Assembly: GCA_001643675.2 (NCBI GenBank)
Contig: LSRY02000003.1
Location: 1,426,001 to 1,490,000, forward strand
Length of the DNA stretch: 64,000 bases
Direction of reading: 5' to 3'
Source: Monocercomonoides exilis PA203
Taxonomy: Eukaryota; Protista; Preaxostyla
Of this stretch, positions 12,548-24,819 are shown one piece after another; position 1 is the first letter of the stretch; every line of letters begins with the position of its first letter. A program made the position numbers and the translations under genes. The notes beneath the pieces are model-generated. The model saw only the letters and a program-made list of their open reading frames with translations. It was not told the origin of the DNA and searched no databases.

Positions 12548-13074
12548 GGTAAAGTGTAACTTATTGGGTCCGAAAATTTTCATAGAAATTATCTTGAATT
12601 GTTTCTTAAATATACTTCATTGTTGAAAATTCGATTAATAAATGTGTAATTAAGTTTCAACGATTAACAAATAAGTTGTGAATTTCAGTTTCATTACCAA
12701 AAATAAAACCAGAATTTACAAATATTTACAGAATCATTAAAATCTTCTTCATTCTTCAAATTATTTTCTACTTTAATTCACTCAATTCACAAATACCTAA
12801 ATAAAATAAGTTGCTATTTACAGAATCTGAAGATTTTTCATCATCATAAAAGTTTTCTTTTCATTATCATCAAATAATTTTCGAATAAATTTGTTCCACC
12901 TTTTGAGTGATAATGATTTAAAAATTATGTTATGATAGGATTTTTCAATAGAAATCATAATTTTTTTACAAAAAATATCATTTGATGAATGATGATATTC
13001 GAATGTGTTAAATTTGGTGAAATATTGAGAATAATTTACAGTTAAAATCGGGACCCAATATGTTACATCTTACC
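12548..13074. mobile_element. Non-autonomous Merlin/IS1595-type MITE (527 bp)
   Basis: Imperfect ~25-bp TIRs: GGTAAAGTGTAACTTATTGGGTCC versus right-end reverse complement GGTAAGATGTAACATATTGGGTCC. Perfect 8-bp TSD ATTTAAAA at 12540-12547 and 13075-13082. GG-starting TIRs with an 8-bp TSD are typical of Merlin/IS1016. Confidence 0.8.
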
Positions 13075-13201
13075 ATTTAAAATTCAGAAAATAAATAAAA
13101 TTGAAGAACTCAAAAGATCAAACAAGAGAAGGAACATCAATTATCATAAGACTCATAGATACAGGCTTTGAGCTATCGCTCAATTATCAAAGATTTTTCG
13201 C

Positions 13202-14849
13202 TTAGCTTTTTTGCTCTTGCTTCTTCAAGGCATTTCTCCTTTCAAAAAATTTTTCAACAAATTTTCCAGCCAGATGAGGATAATAAGCCAAAACTCCGTT
13301 CTGATTATGCAACGCCAATCTCCTTATTTCTTTTAATTTTTCATCTGTTTCTTTATCAGACTCGGTTTGAGAAGGTGATGATGATGAAGAGGATGTAGTT
13401 GAAGAAAAGGAAGAAGTTGAAGATGAAGATGATGAAGAAGAAGAAAGCAACGATGAAGATTGCGATTGCGATGACGGTGATGGTGAAGCCGAAGAATGTG
13501 AAGCATCCTCTGATGATTCTGAATGAGGAGTTAATTTCAAAGAAGAAAGTGGATCATCCTCATACAAATATTCATTACCATCAATATCCGTCAAAACTCC
13601 TCCACTCGCATTCAGCAGCGCCTGGCCTGCGCATATGTCCCTTTTGATCGTGCAGAAAATAATAAACAAATAAATAAATAAACAAACAAACAAATAAATA
13701 AATAAATAAATAAAATTATAATTAAAATATAAATCAAAAAAAATGTATTCTGTTTCTGTTCATGTAAATTAAAAAAATTGTCACTTGCTTAGAAAAAGAA
13801 AAGAAAAGAAAAATAGCAAAAATAATTTTCAATTAATTCTCAGTAAGTTACCATCTTGAAGAAGGATGTGCCGGTGTGGCCATCACAACATGAGCCTCTC
13901 CCATCAAAACTGATGCAATTTTTGCTCCCATCCCTCCTCTGCTAACAAATTTTGCTGGCTGGTAGCATCATTTTCACACAAATCAGAGTTCAATGTAAAC
14001 AAACAGACATAGAGTTGTGAGGAAAATTTTTATATCGAATGCAAAATTTATCGAAATGTTGATTGGATATCGTTGATGAAAAAAATCCAACAAACCTCAA
14101 ATAGTTTTGACATTTCTTCAGTTCCATACTTCCCAACTGTTCCGGATTTTGTTACTATGCATATTTCTTAAGATTTTAAAATAATTTTTTGAGTCAAATG
14201 AATGTATGAATAATGACATGCCATCTGTCAAAGTCTTTTGTTCAATACCATTTACGCCATATCCAACTCCTCCCCAAATCTGTAAATCCTTTCCCGTTTT
14301 CTGTTGAACATTTTCCAGAAATGCAAAGGGGCTTCAAAAATTAAAATTTATCAAACTGAATCCTTCATAAATGGAAAATGAATAATGCCAGCAATAGGCT
14401 TTGATTTTGATGATATTCCGATGAGAATGGAAACATTCCCCAATCTTTCGTTTATAAAATCATAGGTTCCATCAAGAGGATCAATGAACAACAAAATGTC
14501 ATCAAGATCATAAGGTGTAGAAGAAGCTTTAACCAAATTCAGCAATGGAATGCTAAAATCTGATCCAATATCTTCGCTTCCTGCAGCTTCCTCTCCAACT
14601 ATTTTTATTGACGGCCTTTTAAAATAAATAAAGAAGAAGCAATTGTTAAAACTATTTTTACCATTTCCAACGAAATAAGGAAGTTATTGTTCGTTCTGAT
14701 TGAATATCTGCAACAGTAACAGGATCAGTTTCAGATGTTTTAAATTTTATTCTAAAATCGTTGGATGAATGTATTTCTCTTATTTTTGCAGCTGCTCTAT
14801 TTGCCGCATCAAGTCCACATGAAATAAGATCAGATAATAAAACTGACAT
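13202..14849 (-). CDS. BPNT1: 3'(2'),5'-bisphosphate nucleotidase (inositol monophosphatase family), multi-exon
   Basis: KTSETDPVTVADIQSE, IVGEE, LFIDPLDGTYDF, VSILIGI..PIAGIIHFPF, GGMGAK and spliced WDICAGQALLNASGGVLTDIDG. Includes a GC-AG intron at 14167-14221. Confidence 0.85.
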
Positions 14850-15469
14850 TTTATTATGGCATCATTTGTCGGAAAATATGGATCAGTTGTTTTCAAAGGA
14901 ATTTGATGGTTGAAACAAAAATGTTTCTAACTTTCTTTTTTTTCCTCTTGTTGCTTTTTTCTTTCTTTCTTTTTTTCTATCACTTTTTCTTTTTCTTTTC
15001 TGTTTCATTTTAAATTTTAGTTTTTTGTTATTTTTATTTATTTTTCAATAGCATTGTTTTTGTATTTCAATCTTAACAAGTACTTCATTTTCAACATAAA
15101 CATTGGTCTATTTTTTATTCGCTTTTATTCTTCATTGGAAACAATATGGCTGATCCTTTTTGAAATCATACTTTCGTACGAGTTTTGATCAATAATTTAA
15201 ACTCTATGAAATTAATTATTAAAAAAAAAGTTTTTGCAATAATAATATCATAAACAATAAGTGTTCCCTATTTCAACTCATTTTTTCTAAATCCCATTGA
15301 GAACAAATTTTTGATCAAAACCCGAACGAAAGGAAGATTTCAAAAAAGATTACCATATATTGAATATTTCATTTTTTTTCATGAAAAATCAGGCCTTTGC
15401 GACTAGGCCTTTGCGACAAATAAAGATTTTGCAAATTGTGTCGGTCGAAAAACTCAGCCTGTGTCGAAT

Positions 15470-15470
<1 letters not shown>

Positions 15471-15507
<37 letters not shown>
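15471..15507. repeat. Poly(T) tract, 37 nt
   Basis: Uninterrupted T run, preceded by a short tandem duplication AGGCCTTTGCGAC x2 at ~15391-15417. Confidence 0.9.
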
Positions 15508-15511
<4 letters not shown>

Positions 15512-17459
15512 GATTATTTATTTATTTTATTTGTTTAATTGCAAATATTTTTTTAAATATTCATTTTAATTTCTTTTGAATTTTTTCTTTATAAGTTATT
15601 GTTTGTGAATATCAATGAATATTTACAAACTTGCATTTTAGACGAATCGCTTTGCCTTATTTTGAATGGAATCATCATTTAATATTCATTTTTCTTGAAC
15701 GAGAAATAAAGTTTATCTTATTCAAGAACGTCTTTTCTCTGAAACGTCATCAAACTGTTTTCATATCGTTACAAAATTCGGAAAGCAATTCTGACATCAA
15801 CTTTGGAAAATGAAACAATAATTCACAAAAATCACTTACACAAAACAAAATTCAAATTCAAATTCAAAAACAATAATTATATCTTTGAGTGAATTCGGAT
15901 TCAGCTCAGTTTATTTGGAAAAAAAACGAAGGATTATACAGCAGTGCTGTGTTAATGCGTTTAGTGAAATCTGTTCCTGAACTTCCGATGCATTAAATGA
16001 CCTATATGGGGACCAACAAATTGAAGGAATTTTGCTTTTGACAATGAAACTGTATTTGTTCGTGGCAAAGGCAATTGGAAGTTGATAGGAAATTGCTGGA
16101 TTGATGAAAAATGTTCGGCTTTTTTTTTAATAAAGAAGACAGAATTACATAGCTGGATTGCATTTGTTGCAGGAAAAGATGTTGGAGCGACAAACGGAAG
16201 TTATCACCTCAAAGATTAATTCAAGATGAAAGCAAACGAAGCAACAAAAGAGGTGAGCAGATAGGGGATCGAGCCACAAGGTGAGAAAAGAGCAGGACTG
16301 TTGTATTACCTGACGCGAAGAAGCGTTCCAGTTCAGCAGTTCAGCAGCTCAACTGCTTCAAACAGCATCAGATTGCACTTTGAAGTGCGGAGAGTCAGCA
16401 AAAGTTAAGATAGCTAGTGAAGATAGGGCACAGGAAGTGATATTCGATATGAAGAGATGGCAGTTGAGGGGGGCAGCGAGTACGCACAGGAACGAGGAGA
16501 ATTCTGCGTGGCGTGACAATACAAAGAAGATTTAGCATATTGGTGATGAGAGGACTTTTTCGTGAAGCAGATGTTTTTTTCGCACCTCTGGTCTGTGCTT
16601 CCTATAGAGAACCTTCTTCAGCCAGGTTGTTTTCTCTGACGCATGCAGAAAATGGAATTCCGAACAGAACAATTAATTCTCCTTTTCCCTTCAGTCGAAT
16701 TCCGAGGCCTGTTAACATCAGTGATTGAGAGAATAACAAAAGCGGGAGGTGGCCATTCATAAAGCGTGTGAAGATGGCGTTTCGAGAGAAAAAATGAAGG
16801 CAGAAAGAGGCAGGTCGTTAAGCATCTTGTTCCTTTTTTGCATGGAAATTTGGATGTGCCTGTGTTCAGTGGAATCAATATTTGTTTTGAAGTCAGAGAA
16901 GATGAAAAAGATAAAGGAAGCGAGTCATATTGCAACATTGTGGATGAAAGCGCAGAAAATGATGCAGATGAAGCATATATAATTTTAAATGTGTTCAAAA
17001 GAACTTTTCCTTCCGTCTGATGTTGCAAACAAGCAGCTGTCTGGGATGTAAAAAAAATTGAGGAGATGCACTTCATCAAATACAAAGAATTGAGTTCGTC
17101 AAGTTGGAAAGGCTCCTCTTTCTGCAGTATTCGTTTTCTTCAAACTGAAGAATGTTCTTGGCCTTTCCCGCTGAGCAATGGATCGCATTTGTTGTCTTCG
17201 TTCCCTTTCTCTCTTCATTTGCTTCATCTGCTTCCGCTCCTTTGCTTTTGTTCGGTTTCCCACAAAAAACTCATGAATCTTTATTTTCTTTTGTTCTGTC
17301 TATTTTTTATTTTCTTTCCTCACATCTTCTTTCTTCTCAAGATGCTTTCATCATGTGATTAAACATTTATTTTCCAACCGCCGTTTATGTTCCACATAAC
17401 AATCACTCAGTTTGTCGATGGAATTGTTGGTTTTTATTAAGTTTTGAATTATATATCAG

Positions 17460-19551
17460 TTTTTATGTCCCTTGTGCCTGCGATGTGAGATGATGAAGAG
17501 AATATGCGCTTTGCAGCTCAGGTTGAACGAACAAACATCCAACTGCAAGCGAGAGGGTTGGGGCAGAATAATAAAAGGGATGAATTGACTGTGAATAACC
17601 AACTGCATCCCGTCTATTCCTAAAGGAGAAGGAGCTTTCTGTCCTTTCTCATTCTGCTTGCACATCAATTTTTGTGTATGCAGACTGTGCTCCCTCTGTG
17701 CCCCCTCTTGAGAGCTATAGTGTGCAATCAACGATTCCAAAATGATGCACGTGGAAGCTACAAAACTTCGCAGAATCGATATATGGGTTCATTTGTAACT
17801 CAATGTGGGACTTGAGCAGCAACTTAGGATCTTCACAGAAGTGCATTTTGCGCTGCCAGAGAAAGATGTATATTTTCTGTGCTTTGAACCGTTAGATCAC
17901 ATGCCTTTCCTTCTGGATTTCTAACGCAGGATGAAAAATATGATGTTCATCTCTCAAGGCTGCACCAGTGTAACACTTGGTGATTAACAGCATCCCATCG
18001 AAAACATTTCTAATAACCCTTCTCTCTCTCTTATCGATACACACATCGAATAGAAATCAAACACTGGAATACTTTATGAAACTCCCTTGCCTTTCCGCTG
18101 CGTTCCACACATTTATCACGCAGCTGGAGTTGATAACAATGAGCTTGTTAAAGACGGACATGTTGAAGATGGAGATGATAGGTGATTGATGGCTTTGTGC
18201 ATTACTGTTGGAGAGATCGATGTCTCATCTCACGAACAGTTCCTTGCTTCAAGTCACGGTCTTTTTTTCTTTCTTCTTCAGCTTTTTCTCTATAACAATC
18301 AATCTCTTTCATCGCTTTGAAATTTTCTTTCTTTCTTTCTCTTTCTCTTTTCCTTTTCTATTTGCATTCATCTTAATGCCTTCTTCGACCTTTTCCAAAA
18401 TAATATGCATTTGCAGTATTTGCATATATGTTTCTGCTTTTCTTTTCTGCATTCTCGTCTCCATCTTTATATGCATTAACCGATAAATCTCTTTCGCCTA
18501 TTGACTGCCTCACTCGTCCAACCACTTCCAGTGTGCAAAATGACCCTCTTTTCACAATGGGATAGTAAGAGGCTGTGATCAAACATTGTATCTCTCCCAT
18601 TTGGTTCATCGTAGTGATGGTTTATGAGTGGAAGCTTATCGACTCGTCGACTTCTATTGGATGGACTTTCAGATGAGGACAAGGAAGGCTTTTTGTGGAG
18701 GAAAGAAGAAAATGAAGGAGAAGAACGGTGAGTGAAAAGAAAGAAATGATGGACGAGGTTCTTAATATGAGAAGCGAAGTTTGTTTCAAGCTGAATGCTT
18801 GAGAGAAAATGTTTAAATGGAAAAATTTGAAGTATATGAAGTATTTGAAGAAGAAGAAAAGGAAGAAGATAAAGATAAGGATGAAGATGAAGAAGCAGAC
18901 AAACTATGAAAGACAGAAGTTGACACAGTTCAAGAAGCTGTCCTTTTTGCAGTCTTCTGCAGAGTCGTCTTCAGAACCTGTATCTGATTCTTAAACAAAA
19001 TGCTTTCTGACTCTTTTGAAGTCATGCGTTTGAGCAAATGGAACATGATGAGGCAGCTAATGAACTTTGCTTTGAAAAATAGTTGCGACTCACTATCTTT
19101 TGGAGGCTCTTTAGTCATTTTACTTGTGCAAATCCCAGGCTACGAAGAGAGAAGAGAAGGATTCACTATATCATTTAACAGCCACATGCGTATTGGCCGT
19201 GAAAAATGTGAATGGACAATCATCTTTGTGGTTTTAGCAAGCTCGACTGGATCAAAGATATTTTCATACAAACCACAAAAATCAATGTGACTATTTATCT
19301 GCTGCTCATCGCCTTTGCTCCCCAGTTAGTTCAGCAGCACCCCTTTCACCTCCTGAATCAACTGCATTATCTCGTTGTTTATCTTCAAGGAAAACAGAAC
19401 CCTCCAAATTGTCAGACCAAACACCATCTTTTCATTCTTCCTGGTATTTGTCTTCTAGAAAATAGCACAGCCTTGCATGGCTTCCACAATTTGAGAGAAA
19501 TGAGGGCATAGGTGTAACTGCGTCCCTTTTGCAATTCTTGTTTTTAGACAT
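17460..19551 (-). pseudogene. Decayed hypothetical protein gene
   Basis: The frame from ATG 19551 (MSKNKNCKRDAVTPMPSF...) continues through stops and a frameshift into the ORF fragment MTKEPPKDSESQLFF... and a Ser-rich tract. No family recognised; the 3' boundary is approximate. Confidence 0.35.
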
Positions 19552-22223
19552 TAATTTTGTGATGTTTGAAATGCAAAAATTATTTAAAAACTTTTGTATG
19601 GACCGATTTTTCGCAAAAATTTTTGTTTCTCGTGAAAAAACTATTTTAAAAAATGACCCATAAATATGAGTATTTTTTCAAAAAATAAATAAAACAAGAT
19701 AATTATGAAATAAAAAGTAGATAAAATGTTATTTATTATTATATTGTCCTATTTTAATAATAATGATTTGGGAAATAAAACATAAAAAAAAATAAATTTA
19801 AAAATTAAAATATTTTGATCATTCCCACAATTAAATTTTTAATATCCAAAAAATAAGAAATTAGTTTCTTTCGTCAAGAATAGAACCCTCGCTTGCGAAC
19901 ATATAACAAATCAAATGTTTAGAAATATTATAAAAGTGTGCACTAAATGATTATTAACATTTCATTCAATTCTTTACAATTTTTGATTATGATTTTTAGG
20001 AAGATTATTTGCATGCTGCACAAGGATATTATTATTAAACTATGGTGCCAATGAATAAAGAAGAACAAACAAATCGTGTGAAACATTCTTTTTAATTATT
20101 AACATTGTTTTATTAAAATTTTTGATAAAACATGAAAAATTTTATTATCTTTCTTCCAAAGAGAGATGCGTATGAAAACAAAGCTCCTGTTAACACAGCA
20201 ACAGCAAAGAAAATAGAGGAGAAATGTTTCAGGCAACGAAATGAAGAGAAAAAATGAATTTTGCATTTGTGAAGATGAAGTTAGATACAGACACAACCAG
20301 CATGAGGAATGTATTTTCATTGATTGTTACAACATCACATCCCAGATCAATGAAAGTCAATTTCTGTTTGATCTTCGAGAGGGACATAACACTCGTAATA
20401 ATGCAATTAATGGAAAAGATTATTGCGAACACCACAGCGATACGGATTTGAATGGATTTGTAACAATTCATCAAAGTGATACGATTATTGTGAGCAGCGT
20501 GAATGGATCAAACGAAAAACAGTGTGGAACAAACACACTTCCATGTTATTCAATTGAGCATGGGCTGGTGCATCTGACTTCTGATTTCATGAGCGTGATG
20601 ATTGTTGTTGAAGAGAGTGTAATAGGAAGAGATAAATCTGAAGGAGATGGGTTTTAAAGGGGGAGAAGGAATGGAGAAAAACACATCTCTGCGGATATTG
20701 GATGAGGGATGTCAATTGGGAGGAATCGCGAGTGAAAGAGGATCATCATTTTTCATCCCTGTCTTGGAAGAAGTGAAGAGCACAACACAGGCGAGTGGGG
20801 ACATGGACTTGAGCATTCGTGGGAAGCTGCTTCTTCCTCACAAATTGTCTCTGAAGATCAGCATGAAAAATGGGGATGAAGAGGAGATTGTGAGAAAAGG
20901 GATTGAAGAAGAAGGGTTTGTTTCAGAGAATGAGATTCGCTCAGTTATTTCATGTTCAGAATTGGAGAAAGTGAGAGAAGAGACGGAAGTGAGTGTGTGG
21001 ATTGCGTTTGGAAAAGCTGATTCTCCTTCATCAACAGAGCCATTTATTGTGAAGAACAGAAGTGAAAGTCAGTCAAGTGGAAATGAAAGAATTGTTGAGG
21101 GAGGAAAAGAAGGAAAATCATTTTGGCCGATTGCTGTTGTTGTTTGAGTTGTTGTTTTATTGTTTGTAATCATTGTTTCTGTGATATTTGCAGTCAGATG
21201 GAGAAAACAAAAGAGAAGAACAAAGGAATTGGAGGAGATTGTGAATGACACAGTGAAAAAGAATCCGAAGGCATTTGAGGTGGTGACGATGGAGATGTCG
21301 CCTGAGGAGCAGTGGAGGAGAGCAGAAAGATAGGCAGAGAAGAAGAATGAAGAGAGGATAAAGAAGAGAGTATATGGAAAGAAAATGGTGCATTCAGAAT
21401 CTGAAGAGTACCTTCTATCTGAGAGTGGCTCCACTGAAAACATATTGGGAAAAGATTCAGACAAGATTCCTCAATGGGCATTGGAGAAGGATGAAGAGGA
21501 AGAGACAAGAAAGCGAACTCCTTCACCTTCAATCTCATCCACTTCAACAACTTCAACCACAGATTCAGATTCAACATTTATTCGAGGGGGAGGATCTGTG
21601 CCCAACCACCTCGTCCATGTCAAATCTGGTGGATGCAATGGCCTGCTCATCACCCTCATGAGAAGCTGATTGTGGACTTGAGGGATTCGCTGTTCATGCT
21701 GCTGCATGGAAGGAATGAGAAGAAAGAGATGGCAATTGGGAGTTTGAAGGAAAGAGAGATGACAGCTGCCCGGGTCTTGTTCTGGGTGGCCAATCTTGCA
21801 CTTCACTCCTTTGATGAGATGGAAAACGGATTATCTTCACTGGCCAATCTGAGTCCACACATTGTACTGTTCTCGGAGCACATGGTGATCTGCATTGCGA
21901 TGTACTCAGATTGCTCCTCTTCCGATTCAGATTCATCTTCAATTTCTTCATCCACGATTGTAACATCTGCAAGTGATGATGATGATGACTCTCTGCCTTC
22001 ATCAGCTTTTGAGGATGAGGATGACAACAGGAAGGAGTGTGTGAGATGGAAGGCGCCGGAACTGCTGATCAACAATAAATTCGGGGCAACAAAGGAGTCT
22101 GTGGTGTTCTCGATCGGGATGATGCTGTGGGAGTGCCTGACACTGAAGATTCCATTTGGAGAGTATGAGGCTGAGGTGGCGGGGCAGAAGATTGTGAATG
22201 GTGAGATATCGAATATGAAAAAA
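19505..22223 (+). repeat. Left arm of a 2.7-kb inverted repeat
   Basis: Reverse complement of 24975-27691. Differences seen: two 1-bp insertions in homopolymers (~21586-21590, ~21653-21655) and one substitution (ESVVF vs ESAVF). Confidence 0.97.
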
Positions 22224-22482
22224 TGGTTTGAAGGACAGGCTAAAGCAGAAAGTTAAGATGAGTGTGTTATCGCATTTTGAAGACAGACTATCGCACGTGG
22301 TAATAAAGTGTGTGCTGGTTGAAGATTTTCCGGAAGGTGCAACTGTGAAGACAATGACTGACATAATCGGGATTGCAGCAGAGTCCATTGGAAAGAGTGC
22401 ATTGTCTGAGCATATTTGTGTCTTGCGCGTGAAGATGGAACAAATAAGTGAAGCAAATGTTAATTCCAATATGTGTCTGTGA
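20241..22482 (+). pseudogene. Receptor-like pseudokinase: extracellular fragment, TM helix and kinase-like C-lobe; disrupted
   Basis: CGTNTLPCYSI ectodomain motif; TM segment FWPIAVVV*VVVLLFVIIVSVIFAVRW; RWKAPELL..VFSIGMMLWECLTLKIPFGEY. In-frame TGA at 21145, TAG at ~21331, and frameshifts. Confidence 0.8.
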
Positions 22483-22732
22483 AGCATGGTTTAAACAATA
22501 TAATGAAACAAATGAAAATTTATATGCTGATGGATATGCGTATGGACTTATTTATGTTTACGATTACAAGATTGTTAACTCATTTGCATCGAAATGTGTA
22601 ATTCAAATTTCACAAAAAGGAGATGAAGTTTGTTTTTATTAGAAATTCATTTACGAACACTTGCGTTAATTAGGTTTTTTTTTGCAACGTGATCAAAATG
22701 TGATGTGATTGATAGTGTTGTGAAAAAAAAAT

Positions 22733-24274
22733 TCATAAATTTATTGGAGACTGTTCTGTTCCAATATTTGTTGATTTAATAAAACTTCTTAGTATTTTTC
22801 GATTAAGAATTGCATTTGTTTTATCTTTTTCTTTTTTCTCCATTTCTTCAATCTTTCTCTCTTTTTTTTCACAAAACTTTAGGGTTTCAAACTCTAACGT
22901 TTTTAACTGTTGGCTGTCGTTGTTTTTCAGAAATCTTCCATCGCATGATCTATATCTTTTCTTTTTCTTCTTTCTTGCAGTTTTGCAATCAATGTCTGAT
23001 GAAAATATATCATCTTCAGTTTCAACTTTTGTTTCTGTTTCTTTCTCTTCTTTCTCTTCTTTCTCTTCTTTCTCTTCTTTCTCTTCTTTCTCTTCTTTCT
23101 CTTCTTTCTCTTCTTTCTCATCTTCATCATCTATTTTTCTTCATTTTGAATTTGTTGATTCTTTTATTTCTGATATTAGCTTTAATGATCTTTTTTTCTT
23201 CAACATTTCATCAAGTTCATTTTCATCATACATTTCATAGTTGTTTCTTTTTCTCAATTCCTCTTTCTTTAATAAATAAGAAGACAATTTAAATTTCCTT
23301 TCTTTCAGAAGAATGCTTTTCAAACTTGCAACGCTTTCATTGTAAGAACGAAGAAAAATATCCAAACTTTTCTTGCTGATTTTTGAAAGTTCCTTTATGT
23401 ATGCTGCAGGTGTGAGTCTGTTGTTGAGTCGATATTGAAATTCATAAACATATTCTTTTGTCTTAATGAATGTTCTTCCTCTTTTTGGAATGTGGTTTTT
23501 CAGATGAGACCACACACTTTCGATTGTTTGAGTGTAAACTTTAGGATTTTCAGGCTTAACAAAATTGAGAGAATGATTAACACTGTCAATGGTGAAGCCG
23601 TTTTCACTAATGCAGTTATATGCCGACCATTTGTCAGACATTATAGTTGAAGATCTTTCAATGTTCTTTTTAACAAAATACAATATGGTATCAGCTTTTC
23701 GATCTGGAAGAAATTCGACAATCAATTTTTGTGGCTTTCCAATTTCTTTTCTCTCTACTACTCCCCATAGCCATTGCTGTTCTCTGCATCTCCCAACACC
23801 GTTCTTTCTTTTATGAATTAAAGTTTCATCTATTTCCACTATTCGATCTTTTCCTATTTTTTCCATTTCGAATGTTTCAAAATAACAGCATATTCTTCTT
23901 AACTTTTCAAATAATTTCACTACTGTTTTGTTTGATATTTTCGATTCAAAAGTTACTTCCTTAATTGAGTGTTTGTACCAAAAATGATACAACAATGATG
24001 TAAGTTTGAATGGTGAAAGATGAAATTCCATAAAAATTGAATCATAATTCCAGCTGTAATTTTTCGCACATTTCGTGCATTTATAAGCATAGTAATCACT
24101 TTCTTTTTTTTGCATCCTTAATTCCATTGCTTTTTCGCATTTCCAGCACATTCGATTTCTTTTTATTATCCCAAATTTGGAAAGCAATTCAATAGCCAAT
24201 TGATTTTTCCCATTCGATCGCATTAAAAACTCACTGAATGTTAATTCTTTTTCAAATGATTTGTTTTCAACCAT
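22733..24274 (-). mobile_element. IS1595/Merlin (ISXO2-like) DDE transposase: 377-aa ORF plus a 135-codon in-frame tail after an internal TGA
   Basis: CxxC..CxxC zinc finger (CWKC, CTKC), IVEIDET (D), KRKNGVGR..WLWGVVER, IMSDKWSAY (D), VNHSLNFV and TQTIESVW (E). The frame continues past TGA 23141-23143 to TGA 22733-22735. Confidence 0.92.
23039..23119. repeat. 9-bp tandem repeat (TTCTTTCTC)n encoding (EKE)n in the transposase tail frame
   Basis: About nine perfect copies. Confidence 0.85.
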
Positions 24275-24819
24275 TTGTGAAATGGATTGACTTTGCTAAA
24301 GTTTAAAAATTTGAATTAATGTATATTAATAATGGCTCTTTTTTTTATGTTTTCGAGTGAAATATGCACTTTTATATTTTGAATTTTTACAGAAAGAAAA
24401 ACATATTTTATTTTAATATTATTTGCACAGTTTTTAATGAAGTTTCAAAATAAAACAACATTTATAAAAATACAAAAATGCAAAAAATTCAAACATTGAA
24501 TTCATTCGATTTTTCAATATATTCAAAAATAAAGAGTTTGTTCTATAAAACAATTATCACAATTCAGAACAAAAAAAATTTTATTCCCTTTGAGTTAAAT
24601 TTGAAGTATTTATTTGCATGCAACAATCCATGTATAAACGCATTCACACATACACATTTCATTTGTTTCAAAATTGTCATTTCTATTTCTTTCGCTTTTG
24701 TTGTTTGTGCTGTTCCCATTGCCAACAACGATAATATCTTTGTGCTCATCTATCAGAACACACTCCACTATTCTGCTGTTTTTTTGAGCAAAGTGATCGA
24801 CTCTTTCTTCTCAAATTCC

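Noticed and set aside
15900-17400. Coding-like degenerate region
   Set aside because: No continuous frame or recognisable family motif, so no call could be supported.
22746-24766. Possible short TIR pair for the transposase (GGAGACTGTTCTG / CAGAACACACTCC)
   Set aside because: Only ~12/14 match, no TSD, and the left copy lies inside the transposase tail reading frame.
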